NCBI GenBank assembly: GCA_024276825.1
Contig: JAJRWI010000077.1
Coordinates: forward strand, 1 to 64,000
From: an archaeon
GTDB taxonomy: Archaea; Asgardarchaeota; Thorarchaeia; Thorarchaeales; Thorarchaeaceae
DNA: 64,000 bases
Direction: 5' to 3'
Under the pieces are notes generated by a model, which was not told the origin of the DNA, did not search any database, and worked only from the letters and a program-made list of their open reading frames with translations. Below, piece by piece: positions 10,105 through 20,300 of this stretch. The translations under genes and the position numbers were made by a program. Position 1 is the first letter of the stretch. Every line of letters starts with the position of its first letter.

Positions 10105-13100
10105 ATGAAGCGGGTGGCAAAGCTATCTGTTTTCATCGCACTGACTGTTCTCTTCTTGATTCCATTATCAGGAAATAACACAGTAGCCATTGATACGACC
10201 TTAAATCAAAACAACAATTTCCGGATATATGACGGTGTAACATCAGTAGCGGGCACTCAGGATTTAGCATCTTGGTGGAATTCAAGTTTTATTTATCGGC
10301 GATATTTCAATTTCACAGAACCCAATATAGTGGACCGCACATTGACTCCCGTCCATCCGTTCTTGACTTTTGAGAGTGGGCATTGTTATCGCGACTCGCT
10401 CAGAGTGCTATATTACTCGAATCCCAATTGGATCTCAGTGCCCTTCACTTTATGGAACACTACATATGATGCATCAGGAAACTATATTCTCTCCACAAGA
10501 ATCAGCTTCAAGGTAAATGTGAGTAAGGGTACCACTGAAATGAATTATTATATCTACTACTCAAAGACCTCTATGGGTTCAGTGAGTTATCCAGATTTCT
10601 ATCCATTCGTGTATCGCAGCTACACCTACTCTATGTTGAATCTGATATCATATTATGATAATAACAATTATGTTGTCAAGATGTGGGACACCTCTAATAA
10701 TGTGTGGGATGATCCAAGAAACATCGACACTCAATGGGCATCAGCAACTGGTATCATTCAGTCTGGTGTTGTCACAAATGACCCCACAGGCACTCTAAAT
10801 AGATATCAGGTTGTAAGAATTGAACCAAATGTTGATACATATATCAACACAGCGTTCTTGGGCTTCTATCAGATTGAATCGAATTATCCTTTGGCAGTCA
10901 CAGCAGGAAGTGGTCATAAGAATAGCAACCCTGCTGTTAACGACTGGTATCCAAATGTCAATGAGCTGAGTGATGGCCTTGGAACCAAATTCCTCATTGG
11001 AGGCGTTTCAGGGTTTGATAGCTACTATGAGGGCAAGTATTGGATACAGGCGCACAGCGACAACACTGAAGTATGGGTTTGGACTGTTTCCGAGTCCCTT
11101 GATAGCGGCTGGGTCTTTTACAACAACACTGCAGTCACATCATGGCCTGCAAAACTCTCTGCAGGCGAATATATATCTAAAAGAGATGTGACCTACCAGA
11201 CAGTGTATATGGTCAACTCGACTAAGCCAGTATCCGTCCGAAGCGGAGATGTAGATGCTGCTTATTCGCGTGATGTTATGGGTCCTTATCCATCATTGAC
11301 AGGTTCTCTGGTTGATGAGGAGTTCTATGCAATTGGCATGGGCAATACGGGAGACCGTATCCGTGTCACAAATGTTGGTTCAGATTCTGCTACAATCTCG
11401 GTCTATAGAAATACTGGCTCTGGTTGGACACTAGAAACAAGTCAAATAATAGCCGCTGATGGTTATTATGATATAGCGCCCGGTACTGCCAGTGATACAG
11501 ATCCTGAGGACTTGCTGCATATTGTGGGCACATCTAATGCCAAATTAATGGTAGAAGGTGTTTACAGTCCTACAAGTGCGACCGATTATGGCGATTGGGT
11601 CCCAACAACAAATGGATACCGCTTTGGAACAGACTTCAAACTGTGGGGATTCAGTCAAATGAAGTTCTTCATCTATGCCTGTGAGAATGCACAGGTCTCA
11701 ATCACGGGTGCAAACAGTGGCACTCTTGACATTCCCGCGGGTGGAGCTGATTTCTTTCTACCACTATCATCATCTCCCTCGTTATACACTATCTCATCCA
11801 ATACAACAATCAGCGTGACCAGGGTTGCACGGTTCTATACAAGTGCACCTTATGCCCCATATGGTGACCAGGGCTATGGCTGGATGGTTCCTGCCTATGT
11901 GCCAGATCAGGATGAATATGGGGTCTCTCATATTATCGGAATTGAAAAGCACCTATTCGAGTTTGACATAACCGTTGTCGATCTCGATGGCGAGCCCGTT
12001 CAAGGAGCGTCAGTCAGTATCCATTTCACAAATGGCACACTATGGGTGGACGAGCAGGGCAGGACCAGAACCGGCACAACCGATAGTTCGGGAATGATAG
12101 TCTTTGAGGGTCTCTCGAACCAAACCTATCAGATAAGAACTGGCATCAATGCTGCTTCATGGCTGACCACCTCTGAAACCTACATATGGGTCAATGATAC
12201 CTCAAATCATGCCATAACCTCCTCAGTAACACCAGTTCAGATCACTCTGGATATGGCATCGATTTACATTCACTTGAGTGATTTAGATGGAGTTTCTATG
12301 GATGACACTCCTGATGAAGATGTATTCATGAGGCTCTGCACTGGGGTTGACTTCAACCAATATGTCCATCAGGCTCAAGCCAATGGCACTGGCTGGCTGG
12401 TCTTTCCACGCGTTCCTCAGAACGATTATAACTTGTATGCAAAATACGCTGGTGCTAATGGTTACAATCTGTTTGGATATGAGGTCATTCGAAGGTACGC
12501 CAACTGGACAATCTCTGCCAGTGAGTTTAGTGCAGGATCTATTGTACATAATAATTGGGAATTCCCACTGACCTCTCTTCAGATTCATGTGTACAGCTGG
12601 GACGGAAAGAATGTTCCTAATGCACATGTGGAAATAAACAACACTGCTAATGGTGTGGATTATATTTACATCCTCACAGAAGTGACAAATGGTAGTGGTT
12701 ATGTCACATTCAACAGGATAGTAAATGGCACTTGGAATGTCAATACTTGGAGATATGATGACTTTGGTCAAAAGACTTGGAATAACAGTCAAGTCCTGTC
12801 AAATGTTCAGAGCTTCACCTCTACAGAGATCAATTTACGTCTCACAAGTTTAATTGTTCGTGTAATGACTGGTGGTAATCCCGTTGAAGGCGCAACCGTA
12901 GACCTACTCATTGATAATTCCACATTGCTGGCCACTGGTCAGACAAATGCAAGTGGACACATAACATTTCAATGGATTCGGGGCAATATGACCAGCCCAC
13001 TCAATTATCGCTATTCGGTTAACGTGACAAAGGGCAACTCTTTGAATTGGACTTGGGTGGATGCTGACTACAGCTTAACAACAAACATACTTATACTTCC

Positions 13101-16100
13101 TGAACCGCAATACTCGCAAACATATACTGAACTGTCCTCGACCTCAGGATTTGAGGATGCATTCTGGTATAATAATTTCACATTCTTAATAGAGTATTAC
13201 AACTATACCTCTACACTTGCGACTCCCGAAATGAAAAATATCTCATATGATTTGAGTAGCATATTGACGGTTTCAATTTACACATACGATGGCACCACGT
13301 TAATTGGACAATTCTCATGGACATTAACAACTACTACTTATATTGAGCAGTATCCATCACCGAATCAACGGAAATTCAATGTGACTATTGATCTAGCATA
13401 TTGGAAGCTCAATGCAAGTGGTAACCCGTACAAGGTCATCATCACGGCACATACGGATGGATACGATGATCCCAATGATTTTGTCATATATCTAACAGTA
13501 CATAATGCTCAGACCGCCTTCGGGTCTGACACTGCATTAGCCTTCACAGAACCCTACAGGATGAATGAGGATCATCTCTTCTGGCTTGAAGACTTGTCTA
13601 ATGCGGACTTGGGCAATATCACCGCATTGGATGTCTATTCATATGAGATCTATTCTGGAGGTCTACTCATCCGTTCTGGCAATCTTGTGAACAACACAGA
13701 TGGAACCTTCACACTCCCATCGTCAGCCTTGAATGGCCTGACAGTTGGAAGTTATATTGTTTCAATTAATCTTGATGCATTGAACTATGAGGCAGCTGAA
13801 CAAGGCTTCACACTCACAATTGTGGAAGCCCCCATGAAAATAGCCAACATTGTTGCTCCTGACTACAACTGGGCACCATTACTTGGCACTATTAGTTTTG
13901 AATACCTGCTTAATAATAACAACACTAGTCCAGATCTCGCTGGTGTGAGTTTAACTGTTCGCTGGATCAATCCTACAACCAGCGAAATCGTTGTCACACA
14001 GGAGTTGACTATTAGTCCATTTAGCAGCATATACTATTACAACTTCTCACGAAATATAGTGCCCAGCGGCACATGGGATGTGAATATCACCTGTTCAAAG
14101 TCCAATTATGCAACTGCCACAGCTCTGTATAGTGGAATTGTTGTATCCAATGCTCCTACAACATTAACAGTTGTAGGTAGCAACTCCATCACTGTAGACT
14201 GGGGCGAGTCTGCAGAATTTGAGGTGTATTATGAACGCGTTGAGGACTCTGCATTTTTGGCCTCTGCATCAAGCAGTCATAATTGGACTATATCATCAGT
14301 GCTAATTCGAGATTTGGGTAATGGCCATTACACTATCAGTGTTGAAACCGATATTGAATCAGGAACTTATGCATTGGACCTAACTCTAAGCTACAATAAC
14401 CATGAGAGCAAGTCAATTCTGCTGACAGTTATTGTTCGTGTCCCATTACAGATTGTATCGGAATATAGTTCTGCAGAGAATCCATTGGAAACATACTGGA
14501 CACACAACTTTACTATTGACGTCATAGTATACGACATATCACGAACAAACGTAACTGTTGACGGTGCTGATTTAACATATCAGTGGTATATGCAATATGT
14601 AGTAGATCAAAGTGGTACTCTGACAAACAACGGCAATGGATCATATTCGGTCACTCTCAATGCATATGATGCCCTGCCTTTGAGTCAATTGTATACTGTG
14701 ACAATATCTGCAACCATGGCTGGTTCCACATCATCAAGCATTACTATCTTTGTGCGTATCAACTCCGTACCAAATGAGATAGTCCTAGAACAGAGTTTCT
14801 TTGAGGTATATTATGCAGATGTGTTTGATGTACGATTCTATTGGAACAACACCTTGGATAACCAACCAATAACTTCTGCAGATTCAACAACTTACTATCT
14901 TGCATCACTTGGTACTTATATCACAACAGGTGTAAATGAGGGCGAAGGCTGGTATCACTTTACAGTTGACACCCGGGCTCTGGAAATGAATACTGATGGG
15001 GCAGCAGTTTATGTGATTCAAATAACTCATGCAAAAGATGGATACGCGCCACATGATATCACAACAGTCATCATTCTCGTCAGAGAGACCGATGCATCAC
15101 TTGTAGTGGACCCGATTGACAATGTCAACTGGTCAGACAGCTTCACAATCACCGCAAGTCTATATGATGACAGGCATGGTGACCTAATCTGGATTGGTGC
15201 ACAGGTGACCGTTTCATATGGCACATATTCAGCTGTGATGACCAACAATCTGGATGGCACTTTCACAGTGGCAATAGACTCAGATGCTTGGTTTGCAGCA
15301 TCAGCCATTCCATATAACCTGACATTCACCTATACTATCCCGAATTATGTTGATAGCACCAACTCATCATCAGTCATCATCGACCCGATTCCTGGTGTCA
15401 TAAACAAGGATCCGACAACTGATGATCCAATAGTGGTGATTTGGGGTGATATGGTGACTGTGCGTGTGAGTGTCAATAACATCTATGGTGGTGGAAACAC
15501 GCCGATAGATGACACAGCAGTCTACTATCTATGGAGTGGTTATGATACACTCCATCCAATGACCTTCTTGCCAAGCACCCATGACTACTATGTTGAGTTC
15601 AACTCTAGTGAAGTTCCCTCAGGAAGCTATAACTTGATTGTACGTGTGATCAATGAGAACTTTACGATTCCAGATCTTCTAATCTCCGCAACCGTCAATC
15701 CAGTCAGCACAACTCTGATTGGTGATGTGAACTCCATAGTAGCGATTGTTGGTGTAGACCAGACTGCACGAGTCGTGCTCACATACTCAATGGTTGGTGG
15801 TACACCGCTATCAGGTGCAACAGTCTACTATGACTGGGCTGGACTAACAAGAAATGGAATTCCAAGTGATGGGAACTATGTATGCGACTTTAATCCAAGT
15901 GAAACCACACTTGATGTTCCCGGAGTCTATGTCTTGACCTTCCATGCCGAGCTTCAGAACTATACAGCACAGACCTATAATGTGTCTCTCCATTTGATTG
16001 CACAGACAGAGATTCAGGTCGAGAATCAAGTACTTCAGTCTGACCAGATTCTACGCCTGCACTTCAAGTATTATGATTTGACTAATGATCGCGAGGTGCC

Positions 16101-17280
16101 TGTATCAGCCATCATCAGTCTTACTTTGATTCTCCCGGATGGCAGCACAATGCCTGTAAACCTTGACAACCATGATACAAATGGATACTTTGTAGACATT
16201 GCAGCCACTGCAATTGGTGAAGAGAGCACAGATGCATATCCACTTTACATAATTGCCTTGGCAACTGGCTATCAGAATCACACTCAGACTGAATATCCCG
16301 AGAGCTTCACTGTTCTCATCATCGAACCTCAGATTGAGATTCCAGTACTTTCCAACTTCATTGGTCCCATTCCAAAGTCTTGGTTGATACTGGCAGGTGG
16401 AATCAGCTTCATATTTCTCATTGGAATTGCTGGAGCAGTGGCCATACGCCGCATGAGGATTCCATACCAGATAAAGCAGATCAACAAGGCTCTAAAGGCA
16501 ATTGAGAACCAGAAGCGGGCAGAGGTAGAAGGAATCAAGAGCATGGGTCAGGTGATTGCAGAGCTGCTGGCTCCTGGTCTAGCAGAATTGAATCTACCTG
16601 CCCCAGTGATTGAGGTTGGTCCATCTGAAATATACGAGGAAGTCCTTGATGAGGAGACCGAGGGTCTGCTTGATGAACTAGATGCCCTCGAAGACATTGG
16701 CGAGGCAGAAGGAGCTCCTGAAGAGCCTATTGATTATGAGGCCGAACTTCAGGCTGAACTCGAGGCAGTGGAAGTTCCTGAGGAACCAACTGAGATTAAG
16801 CCAGAGGTTGAGGAAGCGGCAGAAGAGCCAGAGGTGGAAGAGCCCACTGAAGAGGTTGAAGCTGAACCTGAACCTGAGCCTGAAGCAGAGGTTGAAGCTG
16901 AGGCTGAAGAGAAACCCGAACCAGAGGCCAAAGCTGAAGCTGAATTGGAAGGTGAAGAAGCCCCTGTCGAACCTGCCATTGAACCAGAAGCTGAAGAGAG
17001 TGAAGACACAACTACTGAGGAACCTGACTCATTGGAAGAGGAACCAGTTTCTGAAGACTCCGAAGCAGACTCTGAAGAGCCAACTGACGAATCGTTTGAA
17101 GAAGATATGGCCGAGTCGACCGAGTCAACTGATATTGGCGAGTCACTCTCAAAGGAGGAGATCATTGAGCGTTTGCCACCAGAAATCAAGGAATCCATGA
17201 GTGTGGAGGAGTTGAAAGCGCTCACAAAGGAGGAACTCCTTGCCCTTCTCAAGTCACCTAAACAGGGAGGTGAGGAGTGA
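10105..17280 (+). CDS. Giant (2391 aa) single-pass surface glycoprotein A
   Basis: Signal peptide; WWNSSFIYRR DUF2341-like start; prealbumin/Cna-B-like repeats (VVDLDGEPVQGASV, GTTDSSG); Ig-like repeats (DLGNGHY, NNGNGSY); many N-x-S/T sequons; one C-terminal TM followed by an E/P-rich tail. Confidence 0.88.
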   Translation: MKRVAKLSVFIALTVLFLIPLSGNNTVAIDTTLNQNNNFRIYDGVTSVAGTQDLASWWNSSFIYRRYFNFTEPNIVDRTLTPVHPFLTFESGHCYRDSLRVLYYSNPNWISVPFTLWNTTYDASGNYILSTRISFKVNVSKGTTEMNYYIYYSKTSMGSVSYPDFYPFVYRSYTYSMLNLISYYDNNNYVVKMWDTSNNVWDDPRNIDTQWASATGIIQSGVVTNDPTGTLNRYQVVRIEPNVDTYINTAFLGFYQIESNYPLAVTAGSGHKNSNPAVNDWYPNVNELSDGLGTKFLIGGVSGFDSYYEGKYWIQAHSDNTEVWVWTVSESLDSGWVFYNNTAVTSWPAKLSAGEYISKRDVTYQTVYMVNSTKPVSVRSGDVDAAYSRDVMGPYPSLTGSLVDEEFYAIGMGNTGDRIRVTNVGSDSATISVYRNTGSGWTLETSQIIAADGYYDIAPGTASDTDPEDLLHIVGTSNAKLMVEGVYSPTSATDYGDWVPTTNGYRFGTDFKLWGFSQMKFFIYACENAQVSITGANSGTLDIPAGGADFFLPLSSSPSLYTISSNTTISVTRVARFYTSAPYAPYGDQGYGWMVPAYVPDQDEYGVSHIIGIEKHLFEFDITVVDLDGEPVQGASVSIHFTNGTLWVDEQGRTRTGTTDSSGMIVFEGLSNQTYQIRTGINAASWLTTSETYIWVNDTSNHAITSSVTPVQITLDMASIYIHLSDLDGVSMDDTPDEDVFMRLCTGVDFNQYVHQAQANGTGWLVFPRVPQNDYNLYAKYAGANGYNLFGYEVIRRYANWTISASEFSAGSIVHNNWEFPLTSLQIHVYSWDGKNVPNAHVEINNTANGVDYIYILTEVTNGSGYVTFNRIVNGTWNVNTWRYDDFGQKTWNNSQVLSNVQSFTSTEINLRLTSLIVRVMTGGNPVEGATVDLLIDNSTLLATGQTNASGHITFQWIRGNMTSPLNYRYSVNVTKGNSLNWTWVDADYSLTTNILILPEPQYSQTYTELSSTSGFEDAFWYNNFTFLIEYYNYTSTLATPEMKNISYDLSSILTVSIYTYDGTTLIGQFSWTLTTTTYIEQYPSPNQRKFNVTIDLAYWKLNASGNPYKVIITAHTDGYDDPNDFVIYLTVHNAQTAFGSDTALAFTEPYRMNEDHLFWLEDLSNADLGNITALDVYSYEIYSGGLLIRSGNLVNNTDGTFTLPSSALNGLTVGSYIVSINLDALNYEAAEQGFTLTIVEAPMKIANIVAPDYNWAPLLGTISFEYLLNNNNTSPDLAGVSLTVRWINPTTSEIVVTQELTISPFSSIYYYNFSRNIVPSGTWDVNITCSKSNYATATALYSGIVVSNAPTTLTVVGSNSITVDWGESAEFEVYYERVEDSAFLASASSSHNWTISSVLIRDLGNGHYTISVETDIESGTYALDLTLSYNNHESKSILLTVIVRVPLQIVSEYSSAENPLETYWTHNFTIDVIVYDISRTNVTVDGADLTYQWYMQYVVDQSGTLTNNGNGSYSVTLNAYDALPLSQLYTVTISATMAGSTSSSITIFVRINSVPNEIVLEQSFFEVYYADVFDVRFYWNNTLDNQPITSADSTTYYLASLGTYITTGVNEGEGWYHFTVDTRALEMNTDGAAVYVIQITHAKDGYAPHDITTVIILVRETDASLVVDPIDNVNWSDSFTITASLYDDRHGDLIWIGAQVTVSYGTYSAVMTNNLDGTFTVAIDSDAWFAASAIPYNLTFTYTIPNYVDSTNSSSVIIDPIPGVINKDPTTDDPIVVIWGDMVTVRVSVNNIYGGGNTPIDDTAVYYLWSGYDTLHPMTFLPSTHDYYVEFNSSEVPSGSYNLIVRVINENFTIPDLLISATVNPVSTTLIGDVNSIVAIVGVDQTARVVLTYSMVGGTPLSGATVYYDWAGLTRNGIPSDGNYVCDFNPSETTLDVPGVYVLTFHAELQNYTAQTYNVSLHLIAQTEIQVENQVLQSDQILRLHFKYYDLTNDREVPVSAIISLTLILPDGSTMPVNLDNHDTNGYFVDIAATAIGEESTDAYPLYIIALATGYQNHTQTEYPESFTVLIIEPQIEIPVLSNFIGPIPKSWLILAGGISFIFLIGIAGAVAIRRMRIPYQIKQINKALKAIENQKRAEVEGIKSMGQVIAELLAPGLAELNLPAPVIEVGPSEIYEEVLDEETEGLLDELDALEDIGEAEGAPEEPIDYEAELQAELEAVEVPEEPTEIKPEVEEAAEEPEVEEPTEEVEAEPEPEPEAEVEAEAEEKPEPEAKAEAELEGEEAPVEPAIEPEAEESEDTTTEEPDSLEEEPVSEDSEADSEEPTDESFEEDMAESTESTDIGESLSKEEIIERLPPEIKESMSVEELKALTKEELLALLKSPKQGGEE

Positions 17281-17322
17281 ACAGGCTCACTCTTATCCCC
17301 ATTTTCTTATGGAGGCAATGAT

Positions 17323-20300
17323 ATGCTAACGATGCGGAGAAAGATACTACTTCTGTCATTTGTTCTCGTTTTCTTGTTGATTCCAGGATCCAACAATGCT
17401 ATCTTTGATACAGTCAGACAAGACCTTGCAGTGACGAATCACTCCACAATATCAGCAGATATTGAGGAGTCGACGCCTTGGTGGAACACAACATTCCATT
17501 ATAGAATGCATGTAAATCTCACCGACACGAACTCTACCACTCGTGTTGATGTTCCTACTCACGTGTGGCTGACCTTTGAGAACAATACCTGTTACAAGTA
17601 TTCCATCCGTGTTGTTGACAGTAACAATGTCGAGGTCCCATCTCAAGTATACAACTACACATATTGGGAAAACCCCAACTATGTGAAGAGTGCCACAGTC
17701 TTCTGGTACGCCAATATCAGCGCTGACAGCACTTCAGTCTACTGGGTCTATTTTTCAGAACTAACAACAATTGAACAGACAAACTATGACTCAGTCGTCT
17801 GGTTTGCTCGAACTACGGGGGCTCTCTCTGGAAAGTTCGATGTAAATTATTGGAGCTTTCGTGGGGAGTGGTACAATGTCACCATGTACAATGCAGCCGG
17901 TGGAAAGATCACTAATGGTGCCCACAAGAAGGCTGATGGAACTTGGGACTGGAACTGGGGCACCAATCGTGGAAGCATGCACTGGAATCCTGATGGTCTT
18001 GGAGGGCAGGCGACCTCTGCAACTCCTCCCATCTCAGGCACAACTTTTGTAAACATCAATGGTCCCCTCTTCATTAATTATACTACCCAGCTTCCATTTG
18101 GATCTTATGCAAAATTGAATGTGACCTATACATTCTATAAATGGGGCTGGATCACTAGAATATACATCAAATACACTGCTTCTACTGGTGGTTCAGGGCG
18201 TACTGATGAATGGGTGTTCTACCCTTACTTGACTATTGAGGGAATTGAGGTGGCCCCTGATGGAACCCAGACCTATTACAGTAACTGGGCCCCAAGTTCA
18301 AACAAGGGTTTACCTGCAGGCTTTGGCTGGTGGAACAACAACGGCATTTCTCATGGCACTGTCAGAATCTTGCATGAGGCCTACAACATGCCAGCAGGTC
18401 ATGAGGATGACTTCAATAACTACTATTACAGATGGTGGGATACAAGCTCATATGAATTCTGGGACACATATCATCCAAGTGTGACTGTTCAGGCAGGTAC
18501 TGTTCTTAAGGAAGAATGTGCTTTTGCAGTCTGGAACGGTGCAGAGGGCGAGGATGGCTACATGAGAGTGTTCAACGCCACTTCCCGATATCTGCCCATA
18601 TTTCGAGAAATAAGCAATGTGTCATCCTATTCATTCAGAATCAATGTGAAGGATCTTGGTGGAAACAATATCGAGGGAGCAAATGTCACGCTTCTCAATC
18701 CCATTACTGGTGCAAGACTGTACAAGCCAACTGGTGCACCCTATACCGATCTCACGGACTCAGATGGAAACGTCACCTTCATTGGTCTTCTCAATCAGAC
18801 ATACCGAATCGATGTCTGGATTGATACAACAACATGGCTTACTCCTGAAGCTGGTGCTACAGGAATGAACGTGACCTGGAGCGGCACAGCTGTGGCCGAT
18901 GGCCCATTTACACCAGTTTCAATCACGTTGGACCTCGCATCAATCACAATTCATCTGGATGATCTCGCTGGTGACCCCTTGGGCACAGTTGGCGCAGAAA
19001 CAGTCAAAGTCTGGATATACAATGCCAGCGATCCTTCAAGGGCGAACTGGAAGTACATGGACTATGAGACCACAGACTCATCTGGCGATCTCACATTCTA
19101 TAGACTGCCTAAATGCGATTGGTTGTTCAACTTCACCTATAGCAACACCGATACTGGTCATATATACACAAAAGCGGACTTTGGTCTTTACGTGTCGCAT
19201 AACATTGATGAGAGTCTGATAACTGATGATCTCACACGAAGCTGGGTGCTACCTCTCACAACCATTGACTTCTATGTGGAGGCTTATGATGGACAACCTG
19301 TAGAGAATACATATGTCAGAATCTCAAAAGCAGGCACAGCAGATCCCATAGCAACAGGAGTTACGGACTCCTATAACATCACCCATATGACAGATGCCAA
19401 TGGAAATGTCACCTTCTACCGAGTACTAAAGGGCAACTGGACAGTCGTTGTCTACAGAACTGATGACTATGGCCAGACTGCTTACAATACAAGTGAATAT
19501 GTCTATGACACAACAGGTTATGCTTACAAGAAGATATCTATTCCTCTAACTTGGCTACGAATACGAGTTGTGGACAATAATAACAACCGAGTAACTGGCG
19601 CAAAGATCGATCTCTATGCTAATGGCGTTTTTCTTGTGACTGCCTATTCAGACAGTGCGGGTGAGTACAATTTTCATTGGATCAAAGCCAATGATACTTC
19701 AATTGGATGGAGTTATACTGTTACTATTAGTAAGAACACAGCCCAAACTAGTGATTCGGTTTATGCTTCATATGACTATCTCCATTGGAACACTATTACA
19801 TTAACACCACCTGCTTATACTCAGAAATATACCGAACTCAACTGCACAGCCTCCGTATATTCATGGTATTATGCAGATAATGGGACATTCCAAATTGGCT
19901 GGTTCAATCGTACCAGCACAAGCCCATCAACGTGGGAAGACCAATCTTTGAATCAATCTGAGTACTTTGCAGGAACCATGAATTTCACAATATCTCATAA
20001 TGGTGTTGTGATTGGGTTCGGTGTGTGGAATTCTACCCACCATCTATATATCTCGCATTATACATCCGATGGGATATATTTCACAATTGCAATTGATACA
20101 TTACTTTTCAAAATGAATGCGAGCAATATACCCTATATTATAACAATAAAGGCTGAAACTCCCAATTATGATGCTCCTGAAGAATATACTGTGACCGTTG
20201 TTATCTCAGTGGCAAGTACTACTAGAAATGGAGCCACTTCATTGGAGGCATATTACCTTGATGGCTTTGCTGCATTATATTCATTGACAACAAATCCCTC

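Noticed and set aside
16682-17252. Alternative-frame and antisense ORFs (K/L-rich and Ser-rich), also at 23409-23948
   Set aside because: Shadow ORFs of the GAA/GAG-rich acidic tails.
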